Origin: an uncultured Thermoprotei archaeon | GTDB taxonomy: Archaea; Thermoproteota; Thermoprotei; Thermofilales; B15-G2 | Assembly (NCBI GenBank): GCA_965367815.1 | Contig: CBDUKN010000004.1 | Coordinates: 1-64,000, forward strand | DNA length: 64,000 bases | Direction: 5' to 3' | Part shown: piece by piece, positions 9,785-17,351 of the stretch | Position numbering within the stretch: the first letter of the stretch is position 1 | Layout of the letters: the number at the start of each line of letters is the position of its first letter | Made by a program: the position numbers and the translations under genes | Notes under the pieces: generated by a model | Database searches by the model: none | Seen by the model: the letters and a program-made list of their open reading frames with translations, nothing else | What the model was told of the DNA's origin: nothing

Positions 9785-10081
9785 TTAATCTTCTCCCAAA
9801 CTTTCTCCTTCTGACTCAAGGTATGTTTCAGAGAATATTTCCTTGTAGAGCTCTTGCACGAGTTCTCTCTCGGCTTCTTTTTTCTCCTTGTCTTCTTCCT
9901 TCTTCTCTATAACTGATGTCCTAGTGTGCATTTCTTCGCTGACATGGTACACCATTGTCATAGATTTTTTGTTGGAGCGTGTCACTTCAACAGTATAGCC
10001 GCATGCTCTACATACTAACACAGTTTTTCCTCCCTTCCTCTGGGGATAAAGAACTTTACCACAATTAGGGCAGAACTCCAT
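9785..10081 (-). CDS. TFS/RpoM-like zinc-ribbon protein lacking the C-terminal catalytic ribbon
   Basis: MEFCPNCGKVLYP...LVCRACGY N-ribbon followed by a charged, acidic helical tail; no second CxxC pair. Confidence 0.8.
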   Translation of the reverse strand: MEFCPNCGKVLYPQRKGGKTVLVCRACGYTVEVTRSNKKSMTMVYHVSEEMHTRTSVIEKKEEDKEKKEAERELVQELYKEIFSETYLESEGESLGED

Positions 10082-10090
10082 TTGCAACAC

Positions 10091-10186
10091 CTACCATTCT
10101 TCTTCCCATTCCTCTTCCTCCCATTCTTCTTCTTCCCATTCCTCCTCCTCTTCCCATTCCTCTTCCCACTCTTCCTCTAGTCTCAT
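10091..10186 (-). CDS. 31-aa Glu/Trp repeat micro-protein MRLEEEWEEEWEEEEEWEEEEWEEEEWEEEW
   Basis: ATG 10186 to TAG 10091; GAA/GAG vary only at synonymous positions; TTTATATA box about 30 nt upstream; stop abuts the next gene. Confidence 0.75.
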   Translation of the reverse strand: MRLEEEWEEEWEEEEEWEEEEWEEEEWEEEW

Positions 10187-10331
10187 AGGAGTCCTTCTCT
10201 AGCTTCTTTGAGGTAATATATAAAAATAACTCTCAAGGAGATTTTACGTAGTTAACTTCAAGAGTCTTGGACATTTTGTCGAGAGAGCGAAACGTATTTA
10301 AAGTATTATCCGAGTTTAAAGAAGTGGTGCT

Positions 10332-11063
10332 ATGTCTAGGCCAGCTTATGTAGTTGAAACAGTAGATCTTCACAAGTACTATTTCCTAAAGGGAGAGACA
10401 GTTAAAGCCCTTAGAGGAATTAACCTGAAAGTAAAGTACGGCGAATATCTCTCAATTCTAGGCCCAAGCGGGTCCGGCAAAACAACTCTCTTCAACATGA
10501 TCGGAGGATTAGACAAGCCGACTAAAGGTAAAGTGTTTTTAGACGGCAGAGACATCTCTACTCTGACTTCTAAACAGATGGCCTGGGTAAGATGCCACAA
10601 GATAGGCTATATTTTTCAAACATTCAACTTAATACCTATTCTGACAGCTTTAGATAACGTCGTGCTGCCCATGATTTTTGCTGGAGTACCCAAAGAAAAG
10701 CGTATAGAGAAAGCGAAGAGGCTTCTCGAGAGAGTAGGTCTAGGTGATAGGCTTCACCACAGACCAACAGAGCTTTCTGGTGGTCAGCAGCAGAGAGTTG
10801 CTATTGCTAGAGCTCTAGCAAACGACCCCGCTATAATTCTCGCAGACGAGCCCACAGGAAACCTAGACCTAAACACAGGTCTTAAGATAGTAAACTTGCT
10901 GAAAGAACTTAACAGGGAGAGAGGAGTAACAGTGATCTGTGCTACACACGACTTAAAAATGATCGACGTAAGCGACAGAATAGTGTGGATTAGGGATGGT
11001 CAAATCGAGAGAGAAGAGGAAAGACTTGGTGTAGAACTGACAGCCGAAGAACTGGGCCTATAG
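10332..11063 (+). CDS. ABC transporter ATP-binding protein (LolD/MacB-like)
   Basis: GPSGSGKT, LSGGQQQRVAIARAL, DEPTGNLD. Confidence 0.93.
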   Translation: MSRPAYVVETVDLHKYYFLKGETVKALRGINLKVKYGEYLSILGPSGSGKTTLFNMIGGLDKPTKGKVFLDGRDISTLTSKQMAWVRCHKIGYIFQTFNLIPILTALDNVVLPMIFAGVPKEKRIEKAKRLLERVGLGDRLHHRPTELSGGQQQRVAIARALANDPAIILADEPTGNLDLNTGLKIVNLLKELNRERGVTVICATHDLKMIDVSDRIVWIRDGQIEREEERLGVELTAEELGL

Positions 11064-11075
11064 CCGGGATAAGTA

Positions 11076-11636
11076 GTGCTTAAAGAATTTAATTTACTTG
11101 TTTCTACTCAACGTAATAGAGAAAACGAGTGTATTTCAGAGCTGTGGTATCATCTAAAGGAGCTCGGCGACCCAAAAGTTCACGCCACTAAGACTCCATT
11201 TCCAGGCCTCATTGTCGCCCGTACATCGCTAGACCCCTTTAGCGTAGTTCAGTTCTTCAGGAACAGAGCTAGAGAGAGACCTTGGGACTTTAGAACCGTT
11301 TTGAAAGTAATTCCCATAGAGAAAGTCGTCGGGGCTCAACTTGACGTAATTGTTTTGACGGCAGTTGAACTTGCTCTCAAGAAAATTTCACCTGAAGATA
11401 CTTACCGAGTCACTGTGAATAAGAGAGGAAGTATGCTGAAGAAAAGAGAAATAATCGACAGCATAGCGTCGAGGCTAGAATATAAAGTCGACTTAGAGAA
11501 TCCTTCGAAAATAGTTCAAGTGGAAATAATAAGTGATTTAGCTGGAATAAGTGTCCTGACTCCTGATGACATATTTTCGCTGGTTAAGATTAGAAGAGAA
11601 AGTAGTTTTTCGAGAGTTCTCAGCAAAGAAAAGTGA
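11076..11636 (+). CDS. THUMP-domain RNA-binding protein (Tan1-like)
   Basis: FNLLVST N-terminus, VIPIE, TYRVTVNKRG...KVDLENPS THUMP motif. Confidence 0.88.
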   Translation: MLKEFNLLVSTQRNRENECISELWYHLKELGDPKVHATKTPFPGLIVARTSLDPFSVVQFFRNRARERPWDFRTVLKVIPIEKVVGAQLDVIVLTAVELALKKISPEDTYRVTVNKRGSMLKKREIIDSIASRLEYKVDLENPSKIVQVEIISDLAGISVLTPDDIFSLVKIRRESSFSRVLSKEK

Positions 11637-12182
11637 CATTCTGAAAGCTACTAGTTTAAACAGCTTCTCCTCTAGAGATTCTCCTTTAACAGAATCGAGT
11701 TCCTTCATACTAATACTGTATATTGAGAGTATTTTCTTGTAGTCTGGCTTGAGCTCTGTGCAGGTTTTTCTAGGAGATATTGTCTTTAGCGGAAGATATA
11801 TATATGATAAATTCTCTTCGAGTACTGAGCAACAGCATATGAACATTTGGGGTTCATCAGACCACACTATGTTTTCTATAACGGAAGAGATTTGTCTGCT
11901 CCCGTGTAAATAGAGGAGAGTTTCTAGATCGATGTACTTTGAAATATTTACTTTGAGTCTAAAGGCTTCAAGTGCATAGTAAAAGGCGAGAGCCAATATT
12001 TTGGGCGAAAACACTATATGAGGCTTTATGTAAAGAACAGCAGTACTTAATGGGAGCCTGCTTTTAGTGTTTTTCACTAAGTCTTCGAAATCGTTTCTGG
12101 ATAAAGAGAAATCTTCAATGATAATATACGTTAAGTATACTTTGTTAGAGAAAATGCTGTATGCGGCTCTAACTAATGTCAA
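11538..12182 (-). CDS. cgi121: KEOPS complex subunit Cgi121
   Basis: A-x3-A-x2-AF-x4-NISK-x3-LE-x-LLYL-x-G-x-RQI signature. Confidence 0.75.
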   Translation of the reverse strand: MTLVRAAYSIFSNKVYLTYIIIEDFSLSRNDFEDLVKNTKSRLPLSTAVLYIKPHIVFSPKILALAFYYALEAFRLKVNISKYIDLETLLYLHGSRQISSVIENIVWSDEPQMFICCCSVLEENLSYIYLPLKTISPRKTCTELKPDYKKILSIYSISMKELDSVKGESLEEKLFKLVAFRMSLFFAENSRKTTFSSNLNQRKYVIRSQDTYSS

Positions 12183-12765
12183 GGGAGATCACCTTCATTA
12201 CTCTAAGTAGTATTTTTTCAGGGAAGCCGCAGTAGGATGTTATCCACTTTAGTATTTTTTCTTGAGGCCAGTTTTTCTGAGAAAAGTATTTAATGGCCTC
12301 TCTCACGAACTCTGCGTATTCGTGCGGAAATATTATCCACTTATCTGTTGTCTTAAGGTAGAAGTCGGGTACATATTTTGTCCACGGTTTAATAAAGAGA
12401 GTTGCAGTGTAGACTGTGGGTATAATAGACTTTACGTGGTCGTATGCGAAGGAGAGTGTAATCCCTGTATCTGATACATCGTCTACAATTAGCGCTGTAG
12501 TATGCTTATTTCTGCATGTAAAGCTCTGTACTAGTATAGGTTTTCTGCCTACTTTTCCTGGAGCCTCGTAGAGTGCCACTTGTATTGAGTAAAGGTACTT
12601 TATATTCAAGAAATCTGCTAGAAGACGTGCTATTATTACTCCGCCTTTAGAGACAGCTACTATGGCCTCTATGTTTCGTAATTTGTTCTTAATTAAGATA
12701 CTCAGGTCTAGAGTCATTTCATAGAGCTCGTCTAATGTCAATACTAAGTATTTTAGCGACTCCAT
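12169..12765 (-). CDS. Type I phosphoribosyltransferase (purine PRTase-like)
   Basis: LIVDDVSDTGITL PRPP motif; WIIFPHE. Confidence 0.9.
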   Translation of the reverse strand: MESLKYLVLTLDELYEMTLDLSILIKNKLRNIEAIVAVSKGGVIIARLLADFLNIKYLYSIQVALYEAPGKVGRKPILVQSFTCRNKHTTALIVDDVSDTGITLSFAYDHVKSIIPTVYTATLFIKPWTKYVPDFYLKTTDKWIIFPHEYAEFVREAIKYFSQKNWPQEKILKWITSYCGFPEKILLRVMKVISLDIS

Positions 12766-12766
12766 T

Positions 12767-13057
12767 TTACCCACCATGTATAGAGGGTATGAATACGATT
12801 TTATTTCCCTCCTTAATAATCGTTTTTTCTCCTTCTAGCAAATTTATGTCTTTATCATTAATGAGAACTACTATGTCGGGTTTGACAAAGTCTCTGTTTC
12901 TATCGTAAAATCTTTCTGCAAAATCTGCTTTATTTATTTTCTTGATAACAGCTCTTACTAGCTTTTTTATAGAAGTATTTTCTTCTACTTCTACCTCTAT
13001 GTGAGAGTAACCCGCAAACTTCTTCAGTACTCCGTAAAAATACACATTAACTTTCAT
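12767..13057 (-). CDS. Ubiquitin-like MoaD/ThiS/Urm1 (SAMP) protein
   Basis: Beta-grasp pattern, VLINDKD, C-terminal IHGG. Confidence 0.9.
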   Translation of the reverse strand: MKVNVYFYGVLKKFAGYSHIEVEVEENTSIKKLVRAVIKKINKADFAERFYDRNRDFVKPDIVVLINDKDINLLEGEKTIIKEGNKIVFIPSIHGG

Positions 13058-14189
13058 ATATCTTATGTACGTTTTCTATAATTTTATTTAAATCGAAGCG
13101 CTCACCGTATTCGGAGAGAATATATGCTACTGCGGCTGTAAGCTCTAGTACTTCTCTAAGTGAAGTTATACCCATATTTCCTACGCGGATGATTTTCTCT
13201 TTTAGCTCGCCCAGTCCTCTTGCGACAAGAATTCTTGTCTTTTCGTAGAGCTTAGAGACTAGCTCTCCCGGAGTTACTCCGGAAGGACAGGTAAAGCTGA
13301 GCACTGTAGTGGATCTGAAAGGCTCTTTTACGTACTCTGTGAACCCCATGCTGGTAAATGCGCAGGCGATAGCTGAGCGGTTCTTATAGTGTCTTTTAAT
13401 CCATTCTTCGACTCCTTGAGACAAGATAAGAGATAGGCCTTCATTTAAGGCGTATAACAAGTGTATTGCAGGGGTAAATGGAGTTTCTTTTTTCTGACTG
13501 AACCTCTTGTAAAGCTTTAAGTCGAAATAAAAGCTAGGGCAAGTTTTCTCGGATATAGTTTGCCAAGCGTCTTGGCTCACAGTAATAATGCTTATGCCTG
13601 GAGGAGAAGCTAGACACTTTTGAGTACCTATAACACACATGTCTATTTTCCAGTCATCTATTTTCAGATAATCTCCTCCCGCAATAGAGATCGCGTCTAC
13701 TATTGTTATGAGTCCTTTAGACTTAGCGTACCTACATATTTTGTCTAGCTCACGGATTTCGACTCCAGGTGACGTGTCGTTGTATACCAAGAATATCACC
13801 TTGGCGTCCTGGTTTTCATCTATGAGCTTTTTAGCGTCCTCGTAGGTCAATCCATAGCCAGGTGGATATTCTTTAACTATGCACTTTGCTCCACTTTTTT
13901 CAGCTATTGCTTTGCCTCGTCTGCTGAATTCTCCATATACAGGAATTATTATTTTGTCTCCTTTGCTAACAGTGTTTACTAAGGCGCATTCAACACCTCC
14001 TGTACCTGAGGCAGTTAATATGAATACGTCGCTATTTGTGTTGAAAACTTTTCTTATCTTCTCTGTAGTGTCTTCAAAAAGCATGTGAAATTCTCCCGCT
14101 CTGTGGCTTATAGCAGGTCGGGCCATAGCCCTTACGACTTCTGAAGGAAGATTAGTTGGACCAGGTATCATTAATAAGGGGTCTATCAC
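13047..14189 (-). CDS. Class V PLP aminotransferase (serine-pyruvate/alanine-glyoxylate type)
   Basis: LMIPGPT, SGTGG, VDAIS, GTQKCLASPPG, TPFTP. Confidence 0.92.
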   Translation of the reverse strand: MIDPLLMIPGPTNLPSEVVRAMARPAISHRAGEFHMLFEDTTEKIRKVFNTNSDVFILTASGTGGVECALVNTVSKGDKIIIPVYGEFSRRGKAIAEKSGAKCIVKEYPPGYGLTYEDAKKLIDENQDAKVIFLVYNDTSPGVEIRELDKICRYAKSKGLITIVDAISIAGGDYLKIDDWKIDMCVIGTQKCLASPPGISIITVSQDAWQTISEKTCPSFYFDLKLYKRFSQKKETPFTPAIHLLYALNEGLSLILSQGVEEWIKRHYKNRSAIACAFTSMGFTEYVKEPFRSTTVLSFTCPSGVTPGELVSKLYEKTRILVARGLGELKEKIIRVGNMGITSLREVLELTAAVAYILSEYGERFDLNKIIENVHKIYES

Positions 14190-14220
14190 ATTTTGTCACA
14201 GGTAAATTGGTATATAAACA

Positions 14221-14850
14221 TTATTTGCAGCTAGAAGTTTCTAGAAATCTGGCTGCTTTTTCGCGGAGCTTGAGTAGTGCGTTTAGAGTTAAGATTTTCT
14301 CAGATGATACTTTATTGCAGATAATTTCTACTCCTTCTTCTGTCAATATCTTTTTCTTGAGGTGTAAATATTTTTGCGAACTCAAATAACCTCCTAGACT
14401 TCCATCATTTCTGACAACTCTATGGCATGGAATGATCAAAGGATAAGGATTTCTTGCTAGAAGAGCTCCTACTGCTCTTGGGTGAGTTGATAGAATTTTA
14501 GCCAGACTAGAGTATGTAGTGACGAAGCCCTTAGGTATGAGAAGTAAGAGTATGTACAGTAACTTTGTTTTTGCGGAAAAGGAGGGGAATTGACTGAGAT
14601 AAGAGACTACAGAGGGACTGTGATTATATTTTCCTCGATACGCAAGTAGTATTATGTCTACGTAGCGCCGTGTAGAAGTATTAAGGCTTTTAAGAGTGCA
14701 GAGTTCAGCAGATCGACTCTCGCCTAACAGCGTTAGGGTGTCTTCTGGCGAGGACAAGGGAGGAGTATTTCTAACGAGCCTGTAATTTCTGTCGATAGCT
14801 AGACCTATGTATGTAGATTTATGTTTTACAATGAGGAGTCTTGCGTGCAC
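14221..14850 (-). CDS. ogt: Methylated-DNA--protein-cysteine methyltransferase
   Basis: IPKGFVTTY, RAVG, PCHRVV active site. Confidence 0.9.
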   Translation of the reverse strand: MHARLLIVKHKSTYIGLAIDRNYRLVRNTPPLSSPEDTLTLLGESRSAELCTLKSLNTSTRRYVDIILLAYRGKYNHSPSVVSYLSQFPSFSAKTKLLYILLLLIPKGFVTTYSSLAKILSTHPRAVGALLARNPYPLIIPCHRVVRNDGSLGGYLSSQKYLHLKKKILTEEGVEIICNKVSSEKILTLNALLKLREKAARFLETSSCK

Positions 14851-14910
14851 AGTGGAGTATAGCTAGAGAAAATATATTAGCTCAGTAGCTAAGGCTTCTT
14901 TGTGTTGAAA

Positions 14911-15969
14911 ATGATAACTATAGACGGTAGCGTGGGTGAAGGCGGAGGACAGATTCTCAGAACAGCTATAGCTTTATCAGCTTTAACTCTCCGCCCAATA
15001 CGGGTAATAAACATCAGAGCGAAGAGGAGCAATCCTGGACTGAGGCCTCAGCACATTACGGGAATAAAGGCTGTTGCTGTACTCTGTGAAGCTGAAGTAA
15101 AGGGGCTGAGAGTAGGGTCCAGGGAAATAGAGTTTATTCCGAGAAAGCGAAAAGCTGGAGTGTTTAGATTCGATGTAGGTACGGCTGGAAGCGTTTCCCT
15201 TGTTCTTCAAGCACTGCTTCCTGTACTGGCTTTTGCTCCAGGGCCATGTGAACTTCATATTACTGGAGGTACTGATGTTTCTTGGAGTCCTCCAATAGAC
15301 TATGTACGCTATGTACTAGCCCCCATGCTGGAGAAAATGGGCTTTAGTATCGAAGTCACTGTCAAGAGAAGAGGACACTATCCTAAAGGTGGAGGATACA
15401 TTATCTGCAGGAGCAGACCCGTTGAGACAGTTCTCACACCAATAAATGTTCTTGAGAGAGGAGAAGTAAAAAGAATAGAGGGTGTGTCGCACTGTGTTCG
15501 CCTACCTTCACACGTTGCGATAAGGCAAGCAAGAGCAGCACAACTTTTTTTGAGCAAGCATGGCTTTGAAAATGTTCAGATTAAAACGGAGTATTATGAG
15601 CCTGGAAAAGACCCTCACTTAGGGCCGGGCAGTGGAATAGTGTTATGGGCTGTATGCGAGAAAAGTATACTTGGGGCAGATGCTCTTGGAGCAAAAGGTA
15701 AGCCTGCCGAAAAAGTCGGAGAAGAGGCTGCTTCGAAGCTTGTTGGGGAACTAGCTACGGGCAGAGCTATTGACAGTCACTTGACAGATATGCTGGTCCC
15801 GTTTATGGCACTGGCTGCCGGGAAATCTGTTATCTCGTCAACTAAGCTTACTTCGCATGCCGAGACAAATATAATGCTTGCTGAAATAATGCTGGGAGTA
15901 AAGTTCAGTGTGAAGAGAGTAGATGAAGGAGCTATAATAGAAGTTCAGGGCTTAGGTTTTAAGCGATAA
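14911..15969 (+). CDS. rtcA: RNA 3'-terminal phosphate cyclase
   Basis: IDGSVGEGGGQILR, PGLRPQH, GGTDV, RGHYPKGGG, HAETN. Confidence 0.95.
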   Translation: MITIDGSVGEGGGQILRTAIALSALTLRPIRVINIRAKRSNPGLRPQHITGIKAVAVLCEAEVKGLRVGSREIEFIPRKRKAGVFRFDVGTAGSVSLVLQALLPVLAFAPGPCELHITGGTDVSWSPPIDYVRYVLAPMLEKMGFSIEVTVKRRGHYPKGGGYIICRSRPVETVLTPINVLERGEVKRIEGVSHCVRLPSHVAIRQARAAQLFLSKHGFENVQIKTEYYEPGKDPHLGPGSGIVLWAVCEKSILGADALGAKGKPAEKVGEEAASKLVGELATGRAIDSHLTDMLVPFMALAAGKSVISSTKLTSHAETNIMLAEIMLGVKFSVKRVDEGAIIEVQGLGFKR

Positions 15970-16548
15970 TTTAATTGTCTTGTATATTCTTTCAGTCAAA
16001 GTAACTCCGGCCAAGACGTCTGCTGCAGCAAGAAGGGGCGTAGAGAGCCCTGGACTATAAGGCAAGAGTATCAGCAGAATTGTTAAGAAAATTAGGCGCT
16101 CTGCTCTTTCCATAAGTCCCACTCCCTTTATCTGTATTCCGAGACTTTCTGCCCTAGCTCTAGCGTAGCTTATCATAAGCGAAAGCGCCATGAAGAGAGC
16201 TGCTAACATAGAGTCTAGCAAGCGAGATTCGCTGATCAGAGAGTACATTAATGCTAAGAGAACAGTTGAGTCTACTATTCTGTCGAACATCGAGTCTATG
16301 AAAGCACCTGTTTTTGTTTCTCCACGAGTAAGACGAGCCAGAGTTCCGTCAAGTGCATCTAAGTACCCAGAAGTTAAGACCATTAGCGCGGCTGCCGTAT
16401 ACATTTTTGCTGCTATAAGAAATGCTGAGAAAAATCCTATGGCAAGAGAAATTGCTGTGCAGAGATTAGGAGTTAAACCTAATCGAAGAAGCGCCTTAGC
16501 TGCTGTATTTAAGTTTTTTTCGAAATATTTTCTAAACTTGTTCAGCAT
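15952..16548 (-). CDS. pgsA: CDP-alcohol phosphatidyltransferase (archaetidylinositol phosphate synthase-like)
   Basis: TPN, D-x2-DG-x2-AR...G-x3-D-x3-D motif, SYARARAE, ERAER. Confidence 0.9.
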   Translation of the reverse strand: MLNKFRKYFEKNLNTAAKALLRLGLTPNLCTAISLAIGFFSAFLIAAKMYTAAALMVLTSGYLDALDGTLARLTRGETKTGAFIDSMFDRIVDSTVLLALMYSLISESRLLDSMLAALFMALSLMISYARARAESLGIQIKGVGLMERAERLIFLTILLILLPYSPGLSTPLLAAADVLAGVTLTERIYKTIKLSLKT

Positions 16549-16552
16549 GTTT

Positions 16553-16873
16553 TCACGAGAAGAGTAACTTATATATGTTTTCGATGAATTCTTTGCCTTT
16601 CTCGAAGGCCTCAAGGCCTTTTTCTGTAGGAGCGTAGTATGCTCTTCCTATTCTTCCCACGCTCTTCTCTTCTTTGACCTTCTTTATTAAGCCTTCAGAC
16701 TCCATCCGGTAGAGCACGACATATACTGTGACGGTGGCTGGAGAAAACTTGAATTTTTCCTTAATTGCTTTAACGATTTCATAGCCATACATGGGGCGAT
16801 CCTTGAGTAATCTCAGTATGTAAAGCCATAAGTTTTCTTTAGTAAGCTTTTTTACTAGACGTTCGTATGCCAT
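16553..16873 (-). CDS. PadR family transcriptional regulator
   Basis: PMYGYEI, VYVVLYRMESEGLI, YYAPTEKG winged helix. Confidence 0.92.
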   Translation of the reverse strand: MAYERLVKKLTKENLWLYILRLLKDRPMYGYEIVKAIKEKFKFSPATVTVYVVLYRMESEGLIKKVKEEKSVGRIGRAYYAPTEKGLEAFEKGKEFIENIYKLLFS

Positions 16874-16958
16874 ACTGTTTCCCTAACTTTAGCAACTTGT
16901 ATATATCGTTAATTATTTTTGTCAAAACATTTGTTTACTAGTGTTTGCGAATACTGAT

Positions 16959-17330
16959 TTACTGGGAGAGTTGAGCTTTTCTAGAAGTGAGAAGCATTAT
17001 TGCTTTCGCTAAGTCGCCCTTAGTTTCCATTAGCGCCATTTTTGCTTCCTCTAGACTTACTCCCGCCTGCTCTGCTACAAGCTGTATATCTTCTTCACTT
17101 ATTTCTATTTCCTCAACAGGTTTCTCTCTCTCTACTTCTTTTATTTCGCCGCCTACGACCTGGTATATGGTGTTGCCCGAAACTGTCATTACGCTGACGG
17201 AAGGATTTATTATTTCTATTACTTTGTCTGACAGCACTATTGAGACCTTCTCTACGTCTTTTAGCTCCTCAACTTTAATTCCAAGCCTTTTAGCAAGTCT
17301 GCGGAATTCTCTTGGAGATAGAGGTCTCAT
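16959..17330 (-). CDS. nac: Nascent polypeptide-associated complex protein
   Basis: NAC domain plus UBA-like EEDIQLVAEQAGVS...GDLAKAI. Confidence 0.93.
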   Translation of the reverse strand: MRPLSPREFRRLAKRLGIKVEELKDVEKVSIVLSDKVIEIINPSVSVMTVSGNTIYQVVGGEIKEVEREKPVEEIEISEEDIQLVAEQAGVSLEEAKMALMETKGDLAKAIMLLTSRKAQLSQ

Positions 17331-17351
17331 AATCTCACAGCAGTAGTCTCC

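Noticed and set aside
10091-10180. Purine/pyrimidine repeat as a CRISPR or non-coding microsatellite
   Set aside because: No spacers; triplet-phased with synonymous variation, so better read as a micro-ORF
16925-16936. AAACA-TT-TGTTT inverted repeat upstream of padR as an operator
   Set aside because: Only 5-bp arms in AT-rich DNA; expected by chance
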